Assembly: GCA_051362555.1 (NCBI GenBank) | Contig: CM120641.1 | Coordinates: 8,680,001 to 8,744,000 of the forward strand | From: Lingula anatina | Taxonomy: Eukaryota > Animalia > Brachiopoda | Direction of reading: 5' to 3' | Length of the DNA stretch: 64,000 nt | Shown here: in pieces, positions 51,391 to 60,756 of the stretch | How the letters are laid out: each line of letters starts with the position of its first letter | Position numbering within the stretch: position 1 is the stretch's first letter | Program-made: the position numbers and the translations under genes | The notes under the pieces: generated by a model | The model's input: only the letters and a program-made list of their open reading frames with translations | Databases searched by the model: none | What the model was told of the DNA's origin: nothing

Positions 51391-54300
51391 ATGTCTTTGG
51401 CAGATGAGTTACTCGCAGATCTTGAAGACATAGCAGATGAAGCTAACAGAGATGGTGATGAACAAGAAGATGAGGTTGAAGATGTGGAGGAAGTGGCAAT
51501 GGAACTGGACTCCAAGCAGCAGTCAGTGAGAAGCATAGCAAAACTGAGAGACAGCAAAGAGGTCAGACTCTGTGGGATATTGATTGGAAGTCAGTCAGTC
51601 AGAAAGCAGAGATTGATTTTTGTATTATACTTTATAGATTATAATTCTCATTAAACTAATAGTACCAAATATGTTGCGGTGGATCATTTTTTTAAGGATG
51701 ATGATTTGTTTTTATTTTGTCATATGTTATGTTCTCTGTAGAGTATTTGAATTATTAGTTTTGAAAATTATTATTCATTGAGGAAAGTTTTATTATATTT
51801 AAGCTTGCAAGTGTGATGTCACAGATAGAAAGATATCAGAATCAACCGAGAAGAGATGGGGGTATGCTTATGAAGTAGTTTATTCTCTATGAAATTGTTT
51901 TTTGCTCATTACTTAAAGCGTATTAAAAAAGTCTACCTTGATGTGATAACAGATAGCTTATTTGCAGGAGAACTTGCTCTTTCATCTGCATTCTAATGAC
52001 CATAGAAATGATCGAATCAAGTAATTTCTCATAATTTTCTTTATATAAATTATTGAAAAATAAAAGAAATTGTGAAATTAACTTTCGGATTACATTTGTT
52101 CAATTTAAACTGCAGATAGTAAGCAAATTCATTTAAAATGAATATGTTTTTATGTACAGACACAGATGTGTCTGTACATATTGCCATCACCTGCGTCTGT
52201 CGTCGCCGATGCTGATGCCGGCGCCGTGCACTTTCCTTGTAAACACAATAAGTGGAGGGCAGTTTTACTTTTTGGCTTTATATTTACAGAGCTGATGAAT
52301 ATTCATAAAACGCAGGTCAAGTTCGAAAATCAGCATGATTGGGCCATTATTGTAGAAGTTATGCTGTTTTTTCACTTTTCAGCATATTTTTCACATTTCC
52401 TCAGATTCAATTCTTAGGCATGTTAACAGTCTCATTTTTAAACTAATAAGATACATAAAAGTTTTTGTTTGACATTTCCTGCATCTTTACAACATTGTTA
52501 GTTGATTTTGTAAAAATGATGGTAAACTTGTTATCGTGTATTGTGTAATAAAGTTTCAAAAATGGAAATAAACTCATATCATTGCAGTTTGTCAGATTCA
52601 ATCATTCACTATGTTCAGAATCTCAGAATGGAAGAAATTGGACATTTAACACTGCTCTATTGATATTTTTCCCATCTCATCAATTTTCTTAGTTGATCAT
52701 ATAAAAATGGCAGTAAACTGTTAATTTTGTTTTATGTTAAAAATTGTTAAAAATGGAAGAAAAAAAAAACATTTCAGAACAGTGCTGTCTTGTTTACATT
52801 TTGGCATTTTCAAGTTGTTACTTTGAAGTTCCATAGGCCTGAAGACCTTTGCTAGTTTTCCTTTGCTTTTAAACAACTATCAAATATTATCATTTTTGTG
52901 ATTATTATTATTTTTTATTAAAAAACATTATTTCCTAGTACAAGTGTGAAATAAATTGTTATTAAATAAAATATTTACAAATCTGTTGCAGTATGTGGAC
53001 CAGTGGAAGCTGACCCTGAATATCAATTAATTGTCGAAGCCAACAATATAACAGTGGAAATAGATAACGAAATAAGTGAGCATAATATTTATTGCTTTTT
53101 ATTTGTTTATTTCAGCATCATTTTGAGCTTGATATGTATGTGTGTGTGTCATAATTAAGTTCAGTAACTTGTGTGTTGTGATTAGGTTCAATAACTTATA
53201 ACTTTTTTAATTTTTTGTTATGGGTAAAAGTTCAAATGACTGTATAGATTACTTCATATTCATACATAAATAACTTTTTTAATTTAATTAGTTGTGATGT
53301 ATGAAAGCCATCTATTAAGTACCCGCAGTTTTCAAAGATAACATCATTTGTGAAGAACCAAAGTTTACTTTCTGTTTTAACAACGTATTTCATTTTCCAG
53401 ATGTTATACACAAATTTTTGAGGGACATTTACTCTCAGCGGTTCCCAGAATTAGAGTCATTAGTTCCTCTGCCATTGGATTACATAAAAACTGTCAAGGT
53501 GAGAGCACAAGTTGAACATATCTCATTGACCTGTTTCTGGAAATGTAAAATTGTTTTTTGGTCAAAAAAAAAAAAAAAAAAACATTGATATGGATTGCAT
53601 TTATTAAGACATGTGGCTCTTCAGTGGTTTAAGATGTCTTATAAATGAGTATTTAACATAAATGTTTCTTTCAGGAACTTGGAAATAACATAGATGATTC
53701 AAAGAAAAATGAAGCATTACAAGATATTGTAACCTCAGCTACTATAATGGTGGTTAGTGTCACTGCTTCAACCACTCAAGGGTAGGTTCCTAAGGTCAGC
53801 ACTGTCAAGGAAAACATTTGTGAATTTTCTCACAAGTCATCATAATTTGGAGAAAAAAAGTGCCTGATATTATCCATGAATTAACAATAAAGTATGGGTT
53901 ATTTTAGAGGAAATTTTTCATTGAAAGGACTTTAATTTTTAGTATTTTTGCCTTTTATATTCACTACATTTAAAATTTACTTAATCATGAGAACAATTTA
54001 GTTTTCTTTCTGGTGTGTACATCTGAAATTCATATTGTTTTTAACCTTTTTTGACACCTCATCCAGTAAGAATACTCTAAACAAGGAATAAAGAAGTCGT
54101 ATGAAATTCCCTTTTTGATGCAAAAAAGTCTTGATTTATCATAGACTGTAAATTATCTTAACACACTATCTCAATCAGCAATTATTTCAATTTCTGGAGA
54201 AGCACTGTCTTGAGGGCTATTTATTTATTTATTATTATTATTTTTTTTTTTTTTAATTTTATTTTTTTTTCAGAACACCACTTTCCCAAGAAGATCTAGA

Positions 54301-57300
54301 AAGGGTGATGGAAGCATGTGATATGGTAAGTTCTTGTAGGAGTACATATATCTTTAGAATATTGTGTATAATGTACAAATTAATTACTTCAAACTCACTG
54401 CATCTTTACTTTAGGTGGCTATAAATTGATAAGTAAGTCTTGGAATAGAAAGAAGATAATGATAAACTTGTCCAAAGTTTTTGAACACTCACATGTGCTT
54501 AAGAGTGGTCAGTGTCAAATATATCAGTAGTCAAATTCAGTACTTAACCATGATCTGAGAGCTTATATTACCCTTATGATAAGATATATGAATTGCAGTT
54601 AAAATAACTTTTCTTCTTTGTTGAAGTAGTAAATGGTTTATTTTATATTTTTTAAAGTTGGTTGGCTTAGCATCAAGGTGTCAATGAATGATTTTTCCTA
54701 CATAACAGGCCATTGAACTGTGTGGCTTCAAAGAGAAGATTTTCCAGTATGTAGAGTCCAGAATGACTTTTATTGCACCTAATCTTTCCATTATTGTTGG
54801 AGCATCTACAGCTGCAAAGATAATGGGTAAGTGTCAAATAGTTTCACTAATTCAAATTATTGTTTTTCTTTTTATCAAGACCTTGTAAAATATGTGGGTA
54901 TTACCTCCAATATTTCTGTGACTGTCAGTCACCATCATCAGGGAGTAAATGACTAGGGTCATTTCACCTGGAATGAAAATCCAGGTCAATTGCCCCTAAT
55001 CACTGGCCTTGTGTTGTAACTGTTACTTCCTCCCCCCCCCCCCCCCCCCCCCCCGGGGCTCCTCTGCATCCCTCTGGAGCACCGTGAGGTAGATAGCTGG
55101 TAAATCATACCCCCCCTGTCTGTTCAGGTCTGGTTGTTTGGTCCTGATGTGTACGGCTTCTGCTATTTTTCTTTGGAATGTCCAGTTTTCCCTGTCTATC
55201 ACTTTCAGGCTGTCAAAATCTATGTGGTGACCTGGATGTTTGCAGGTATGTTCTCCAAGGGCTGATTTCCAGTTGTTTTTGGCCACTGAGTCTTTGTGTT
55301 CTTTCATTCTTGTGGCTAATGGTCTTCCTGTTTCGCCAATGTATTCTCCTTGGCAGGTTCCACATTTGACTGAATATATCACACCACATTGCTCTCCTTG
55401 GGTTAGGGGATCCTTGGGTTTCACTAGTGCTTGTCTCAGCGTCCAACCTGGCTTATGGTGGAGTTTGATGTTATATTTTTTATAAACCCAGCTTAGTTTT
55501 TCTGACAGACCTTGGCAGTATGGTAACACTATACTTTGCTTTGCACCCTCAATGAGGCCCATTGCATCCTTTTCTTTGTCATGTCTGTTCTTGCCTCTTT
55601 TTTCCCCTTGTTTTAGTGCCCATTTTGGATATCCACATGCTAACAGGTCTTTTTCAATCTTCTTCCTTTCTGTTTGTTTGTCTTCTGTATCCGATATCAC
55701 AGTCTCACATCGGTGGAAAAGTGAAGCTGGTACACTAAGTTTTTGCGAGGTTGGATGATGAGACGACCACTGTAAGTAGTGATCTGTGTTCGTGGCTTTC
55801 CTGTACACTGTAGTTTTAATCCGTTCTTTGTCTTTGGTCATCTTTATATCTAGCATTGGCAGAGAACCTTCTACATTTTCTTCTTCTATTGTGAAGTGTA
55901 TGCTTTGGTGTTGTGCATTAATGTGTTCAAACAGTGCCTGCACATGCGTCTTCTTGGATACCCTAGTCATTTACTCCCTGATGATGGTGACTGACAGTCA
56001 CAGAAATATTGGAGGTAATACCCACATATTTTACAAGCTCTTGATAAAAAGAAAAACAATAATTTGAATTTATACATACAGAGCTAATGAAACTGTTCTC
56101 TCAGTTTCACTAATGTATTGGTTTGTTCAAATATAGCAGGTCTAAAACACGTAACTCTCTGTCTTTATTTTTTAAAAAGTTATAATAGGTTAATTTGCAT
56201 GCTGTTGTTTTTATATGATATTGGTAGATATTTATCATATGATATTGCATGGAATATATTACCAAATTCTTAATATCAAGAAATAATCTTATCACAAAAT
56301 ATTATCTAGGTGTTGCTGGTGGCCTGACCAACTTATCCAAGATGCCATCATGCAATGTCCTAGTCCTTGGAGCACAGAAAAGAACTTTGTCAGGCTTTTC
56401 CACCACAGCAATTATGCCTCACACAGGTTATATCTATTACTGTGAGCTTGTCCAGAACACTCCCCCTGTAAGTTATGTGTGGTTTTGCAGACTAATTTGT
56501 AAATGTTTGTTAATATTTGATATGTAATTTAATAGTGTTGTTTATTGTGTTGTTATTAGAAGAATGGACAGGTGAAAGAAAGCATGCATCTGATATCACA
56601 CACATATATTAATGCAACTGCATGTGCATGCACACAAACACACACACACACACACACACGAGAATAGATAGGTACAATAAGTTTTGATTAACATTTCATC
56701 CAGGATATGAGGCGGAAAGCTGCCAGGTTAGTTGCAGGGAAGTGTACGCTGGCTGCACGCGTAGATTCATTCCATGAGAGTCAAGACGGAGCAATTGGAG
56801 ACCAACTCAAAGCTGAAATAGAGCAAAAATTAGACAAAATGGTAGAACCACCCCCAGTGAAACAGGTCAAAGCTCTTCCTGCTCCTATTGATGCATCCAA
56901 GAAGAAAAGAGGAGGACGAAGGTGGATTAATTTTATTTTTTTTATAAAGATTGTTTGTCAGAGATGAATCTTATTTATATATTGCCAATGAACATCAATG
57001 AACATCATTTTAAAATTACTTAAAAATAAAACCTTTTTCCACAGAATTGTATATTATAACAGGGTTTTCTAATTGTACTTTACAAAAAACATATGATATG
57101 GATTTGCTGTTTGTTGATCAATGATTATTCACTTTTACTATCCTTTTTAGGGCGAGAAAAATGAAGGAACGGAATGGTATGACAGAAATGAGGAAAGCTG
57201 CAAATAGATTAAATTTTGGAGAGGTATGTTTGCAAAAATATACTTATCATTATAAATACTAATCATTATAAATAAGAGATATTAATGACAAGCATTGCAT

Positions 57301-58346
57301 TTGAGATGTAGAAGGGATCCTGGGAAATTTTCACTCTGATGAGCAGAAGTCAATCTAGTACTTAGATATTAGATAAGATACTCTTATTTCAATGATCCTT
57401 TGAGAAATTCATCTGATTTTGAATTCTCTTTTTTTTTTCAAGATAAGCAATTTGTGTGATATAAGTATTATTCTTCTCTTACAGATTGAAGAGGATGCAT
57501 ATCAAGATGATCTTGGGTTCTCTTTGGGAACACTGAAGAGTAAATCTGGTCGCATTAGAGGACCACCAGTGGACTCGAAGACTAAAGCCAGAATATCCAA
57601 AACACTGCAGGTAAATAAAGCAAATAAAGAAAGAGAGATTAAGAGGTTAATTGAGAAACTTATTTAATACAAAAGTCTCAGAAATAAATTGAATATTTTT
57701 GCATGGTGTCCACATCTTCATATTGTCTATTAAAATTTATAGTTTAGATACAAATTTACGTTATTATCTTATTTAATTATTTGTTCATTTATTATTATTT
57801 TTGTAGCAAAAACTTCAGAAACAGAACGTGACATGGGGTGGCAGTACAACAGTGAAGAAACATGTGTCAGGAACAGCATCCAGTGTAGCGTTTACACCTT
57901 TACAGGTATGATGTACCACTATAAGTCCCTTTGCATTTATTTATATTTTACACATATATATTTTTAATAAAATGTTTATATATCGTGCATTCCAAGTGGT
58001 TGAATAAACTCAGAATATTGAAAGAGTTTCATTGTAGTGTAGATAAAGAAAACTTCTAAGGCCCGTTTTTGTTAAATAACCTCTGTATGAAATGCAGCAT
58101 GATATTTAATTATTTATGCCATGTTTGTTTCTTATTACTATAAGGGTACATTTTTTCACTTCTTATTCTTTGCATTGTAGTCAATGTATCAATTATTCAA
58201 ATATTTATGCTATTTTCATTCATAATCAACAGGGTTTGGAAATCGTCAATCCACAGGCAGCAGAAAAAAAGGTACAGGAAGCCAACCAAAAATATTTCTC
58301 CACCACAGCAGGCTTCTTAAAAATTAATAGATCAGACCAGAAATGA
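51391..58346 (+). CDS. PRPF31: U4/U6 snRNP protein Prp31 (pre-mRNA processing factor 31), 13 coding exons, 491 aa
   Basis: Exons 51391-51561, 51804-51861, 52992-53075, 53401-53498, 53675-53781, 54274-54325, 54709-54826, 56310-56467, 56704-56921, 57151-57223, 57485-57610, 57807-57905, 58233-58346 (1476 nt, in frame). Motifs MSLADELLADLE, GPVEADPEYQLIVEANN, RFPELESLV, ATIMVVSVTASTTQG, FIAPNLSIIVG, AGGLTNLSKMPSCN, RRKAARLVAGKCTLAARVD, KKKRGGRRARKMKER, SGTASSVAFTPLQGLEIVNP. Confidence 0.97.
52147..52858 (+). mobile_element. Short full-ended copy of the same family in PRPF31 intron 2
   Basis: tttttatgtacagacacagatgtgtctgtacata ... ggcctgaagacctttgctagtttt; fewer internal repeat units than 43059-44485. 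Confidence 0.7.
54901..54948 (-). ncRNA. Same hammerhead motif in the 3' pLTR (sense to the retroelement)
   Basis: Exact reverse complement of 55971-56018. Confidence 0.75.
55023..55970 (-). CDS. Penelope-like element ORF remnant: RT thumb plus GIY-YIG endonuclease, 315 aa, uninterrupted
   Basis: HINAQHQSIHFTIEEE, LPMLDI and VYRKATNTDHYLQWSSHHP mark the PLE RT C-terminus; GVIYSVKCGTCQGEYIGETGRPLATRMKEH...SALGEH...EAVHI...LNR marks GIY-YIG. No YxDD catalytic motif is present (truncated just after where it is expected). Confidence 0.85.
   Translation of the reverse strand: MTRVSKKTHVQALFEHINAQHQSIHFTIEEENVEGSLPMLDIKMTKDKERIKTTVYRKATNTDHYLQWSSHHPTSQKLSVPASLFHRCETVISDTEDKQTERKKIEKDLLACGYPKWALKQGEKRGKNRHDKEKDAMGLIEGAKQSIVLPYCQGLSEKLSWVYKKYNIKLHHKPGWTLRQALVKPKDPLTQGEQCGVIYSVKCGTCQGEYIGETGRPLATRMKEHKDSVAKNNWKSALGEHTCKHPGHHIDFDSLKVIDRENWTFQRKIAEAVHIRTKQPDLNRQGGYDLPAIYLTVLQRDAEEPRGGGGGGGRK
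55971..56018 (+). ncRNA. Minimal type I hammerhead ribozyme motif in the inverted pLTR (sense to PRPF31 pre-mRNA)
   Basis: UUACUCC-CUGAUGA-U-G-GUGACU(GAC)AGUCAC-A-GAAA-UA-UU/GGAGGUAA. Conserved CUGAUGA and GAAA core, 6-bp stem II, stem I CUCC/GGAG (extendable UUAC/GUAA), palindromic AAUAUU at stem III. Predicted cut after 56010. The basal stem II pair is G-A rather than G-C. Confidence 0.75.
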
Positions 58347-59515
58347 TGAAAATCTTAACACAAAACAAACCTCATTTTACAAATTGCAAGTGCAATTCCA
58401 CCAGAGTTACAAGTTATGGTTTCATAATGCCCCTTACATAAGTGAATGTTATGGCATTATGTAGCATGCAGATAACCTTGAGGATAAATGTCATTTTCAA
58501 CTGCAATGTACCAGTATCAGATGCTGTGGTTTAACGTACAAAAGTTGTATGGTTTATCACATGGGTTGGAAAAGGTCGGATATAACTGTTCCATTAAAAC
58601 CTTGAGACTGATTCAGAAGGTGTGCAGAGACTAAAAGATTGGTTGAAGAAAAGCAACAGAAACTTTTTGAAATGCAAGATTTTAATAAATTTCTAATTAT
58701 CCATTGTGCAAGCACAGATCTTGTCGTTCTGAGTTCAGTTAAGTTGATTATGTGTACATTCAAAGCAATTATCCATATTTATTAGAACCCATAGTATTAA
58801 ATGGACAAACAGTGATCAGGAAGAGTGTATTTCTTTCAAGTTAATGATAACTACTTCTATAAAATTTTGTCTACAAACAAAGATGGCATTTTCATGAAGA
58901 GAACAGATAAACTCCTTTTTATTTACCTACTTAATGTAACTAACTGATGTCTGATGTGACTTAAGTCCTACTATAGTTATTGTGAACAGATATTATTTAT
59001 TTCTAGCAGTTTGAGCCAAATAGTGCTCAACATCCAACTGACAGTTGAGTCATATATGGTTCCAAGACCAACAAGCAGTTTAGTTTTGTCTTTCTGATAA
59101 CTACAATATTAACTTTTGTATTTTTCATCATGTTTCATTTAAATACATATTGAACTTGCTATGCAAAGAAAAGTATGTGTTGTGTGTAATCAAATGAAAA
59201 TTGAACGCTTTACTGTATCATGTAAATAGACACTGCCTACAACAGAGGACAGTTGAAAGAAGCAGCTAGCGTACTGACAAAGCAATAAAAGAAAGTCTCT
59301 AATAGTAATGGTTGCTAAGAATAGTGGTGAGAGTGGGCAAAAATTTGTTATCCAAGTGGTCATAATGTAACAGGAACTGAAGCTATAAAAATAAAGGTTA
59401 CATATATACATAGCTTAATTGTGGTCTCATTTCATAATGGCAGAATGGTTTTACCCCAAAAAGTCGAATATACTGGAAGGGCATCATCTCTGAGTTTTGT
59501 CTTTGCTTTTCTACT

Positions 59516-59654
59516 GGGACTGTAGCAATAGTCCGAAGGTTCATTGGTCCAAATGTTCACTAGAACCTTGGACCAATGAACCCTTGATTAAAAAAACGAT
59601 GAAAATGTTACCATATTTCGGACCAGTGAACCTTCAGACTACCGAGACGCCCCC
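59516..59654. mobile_element. Palindromic MITE-like remnant between PRPF31 and the SAM gene
   Basis: tagtccgaaggttcattggtcc and ggaccagtgaaccttcagacta form an inverted pair; ggg/ccc ends. Confidence 0.5.
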
Positions 59655-60269
59655 TTTCCACCTTATGATTCGTCACGTATAAACATCATACGGTGTCAAA
59701 GTGGTCTTTACAGATATATACTATCATGTTTCAACACTACACTTAGATCTTTTAACTTCAAAGCATTAATCCAAATTTGGCATTTCGCTGTGTCCGAAGG
59801 TATAACAAACTATCTGACATCTTTCTTATCATATCCTTGATTATTGCACCCGTTTTTGGCATTGAATTATAGTATATTGATCTATGTTGTTAATAAGTCA
59901 GTTAACATTTTGTGTGTTAGAAAGCAGTAAGTCTTTAATATTCACACTAGCTGCTAAATACGACAGGTAAGCAGTCCATAACTGTTACAATAGGCTAATT
60001 ATGGACAGAAAATGTGGACATTTATAGCAATTGCCTGCGTCTGTCATTGACTTTGCCATTGGTCTTGAATGTTGGTATCGTTATACAATTTTTGGTATTT
60101 GCTGCTCATTTTAAAACTCCATGAAGAAGAGGGTAAATCGTTTTACAGTACTCATGAACAGGACTGTAACAAAGCTAGGGTTCAGAAAACAATCCTGATT
60201 AAATTACAATTCTTCATGTTATGGAATTATTTGTAAAATTTTCGTTTTAACTGATTGACAATGGGTCTG

Positions 60270-60465
60270 AAGCCCAGTGCTAAGCCCAGTGCTAATGACA
60301 TTTCCTGCAAGTTGCTGGCACACGCTTCTAGGCGTTGTGGTAGTTGAGACGACCTGTATTGCGTTCTCACGTGACCATCGGCCATAACAAGACAAATGTA
60401 TGCAGAATGATGTGCGATGAATGCGAGCTCATAGCTTCGCTTAGAGTCGTTGGTTCGACCGTAAA
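60270..60465 (+). promoter_or_regulatory. Putative promoter of the SAM-domain gene
   Basis: CpG-rich; E-box CTCACGTGAC at 60366-60375; tandem aagcccagtgcta x2 near 60270. Confidence 0.45.
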
Positions 60466-60756
60466 ATGTCAGGTCCTGTAGAGCGATGGCTGGAGACATT
60501 TATGTGTAAACAATATGCTCCTGCATTTGAAGCTTACGGCTACAGAACGTTAGAATCGGTAAGGCATGTGTCAATTTCTCAAGTTACAAAATGGCTGCCC
60601 AATTTCGTATTTGCCCTCGAAAATAATACAGTCATTTCGCATTCGTTTTACAGGTTTGTCAACTGAGTCTTAGCCAGTTACAATCAATTGGAGTAACCCC
60701 TGATCACTGTGATAAGATTTTAGAGAACGTGTCAGTGCTTCGGCAAACATTAATGG
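60466..60756 (+). CDS. First two coding exons of an N-terminal SAM (sterile alpha motif) domain protein; remainder unresolved
   Basis: 60466-60558 (MSGPVERWLETFMCKQYAPAFEAYGYRTLES|gtaagg) plus 60654-60756 (tttacag|VCQLSLSQLQSIGVTPDHCDKILENVSVLRQTLM G|gtaagt). The pattern V..WL......QY...F...G......L....L..IGV....KIL fits a SAM domain. The 5' region is CpG-rich. Confidence 0.75.

Larger units (their letters stand above)
54849..56102 (-). mobile_element. 5'-truncated Penelope-like retroelement (GIY-YIG type) with inverted pseudo-LTR ends, in PRPF31 intron 7
   Basis: Encodes an RT C-terminus/thumb and a GIY-YIG endonuclease. The 111-bp inverted repeats 54849-54959 and 55960-56070 differ at one base. 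A 12-bp direct repeat agtttcactaat at 54840-54851 and 56103-56114 is a candidate target-site duplication. Confidence 0.9.

Noticed and set aside
54849-56070. Reading the 111-bp inverted repeats as TIRs of a DNA transposon
   Set aside because: The enclosed ORF is RT thumb plus GIY-YIG and the arms carry a hammerhead, the known inverted-pLTR layout of Penelope-like retroelements.
28231-58346. Non-canonical (U12 or GC-AG) introns in ABCA or PRPF31
   Set aside because: All reconstructed coding introns are GT-AG with ordinary U2-type donors.
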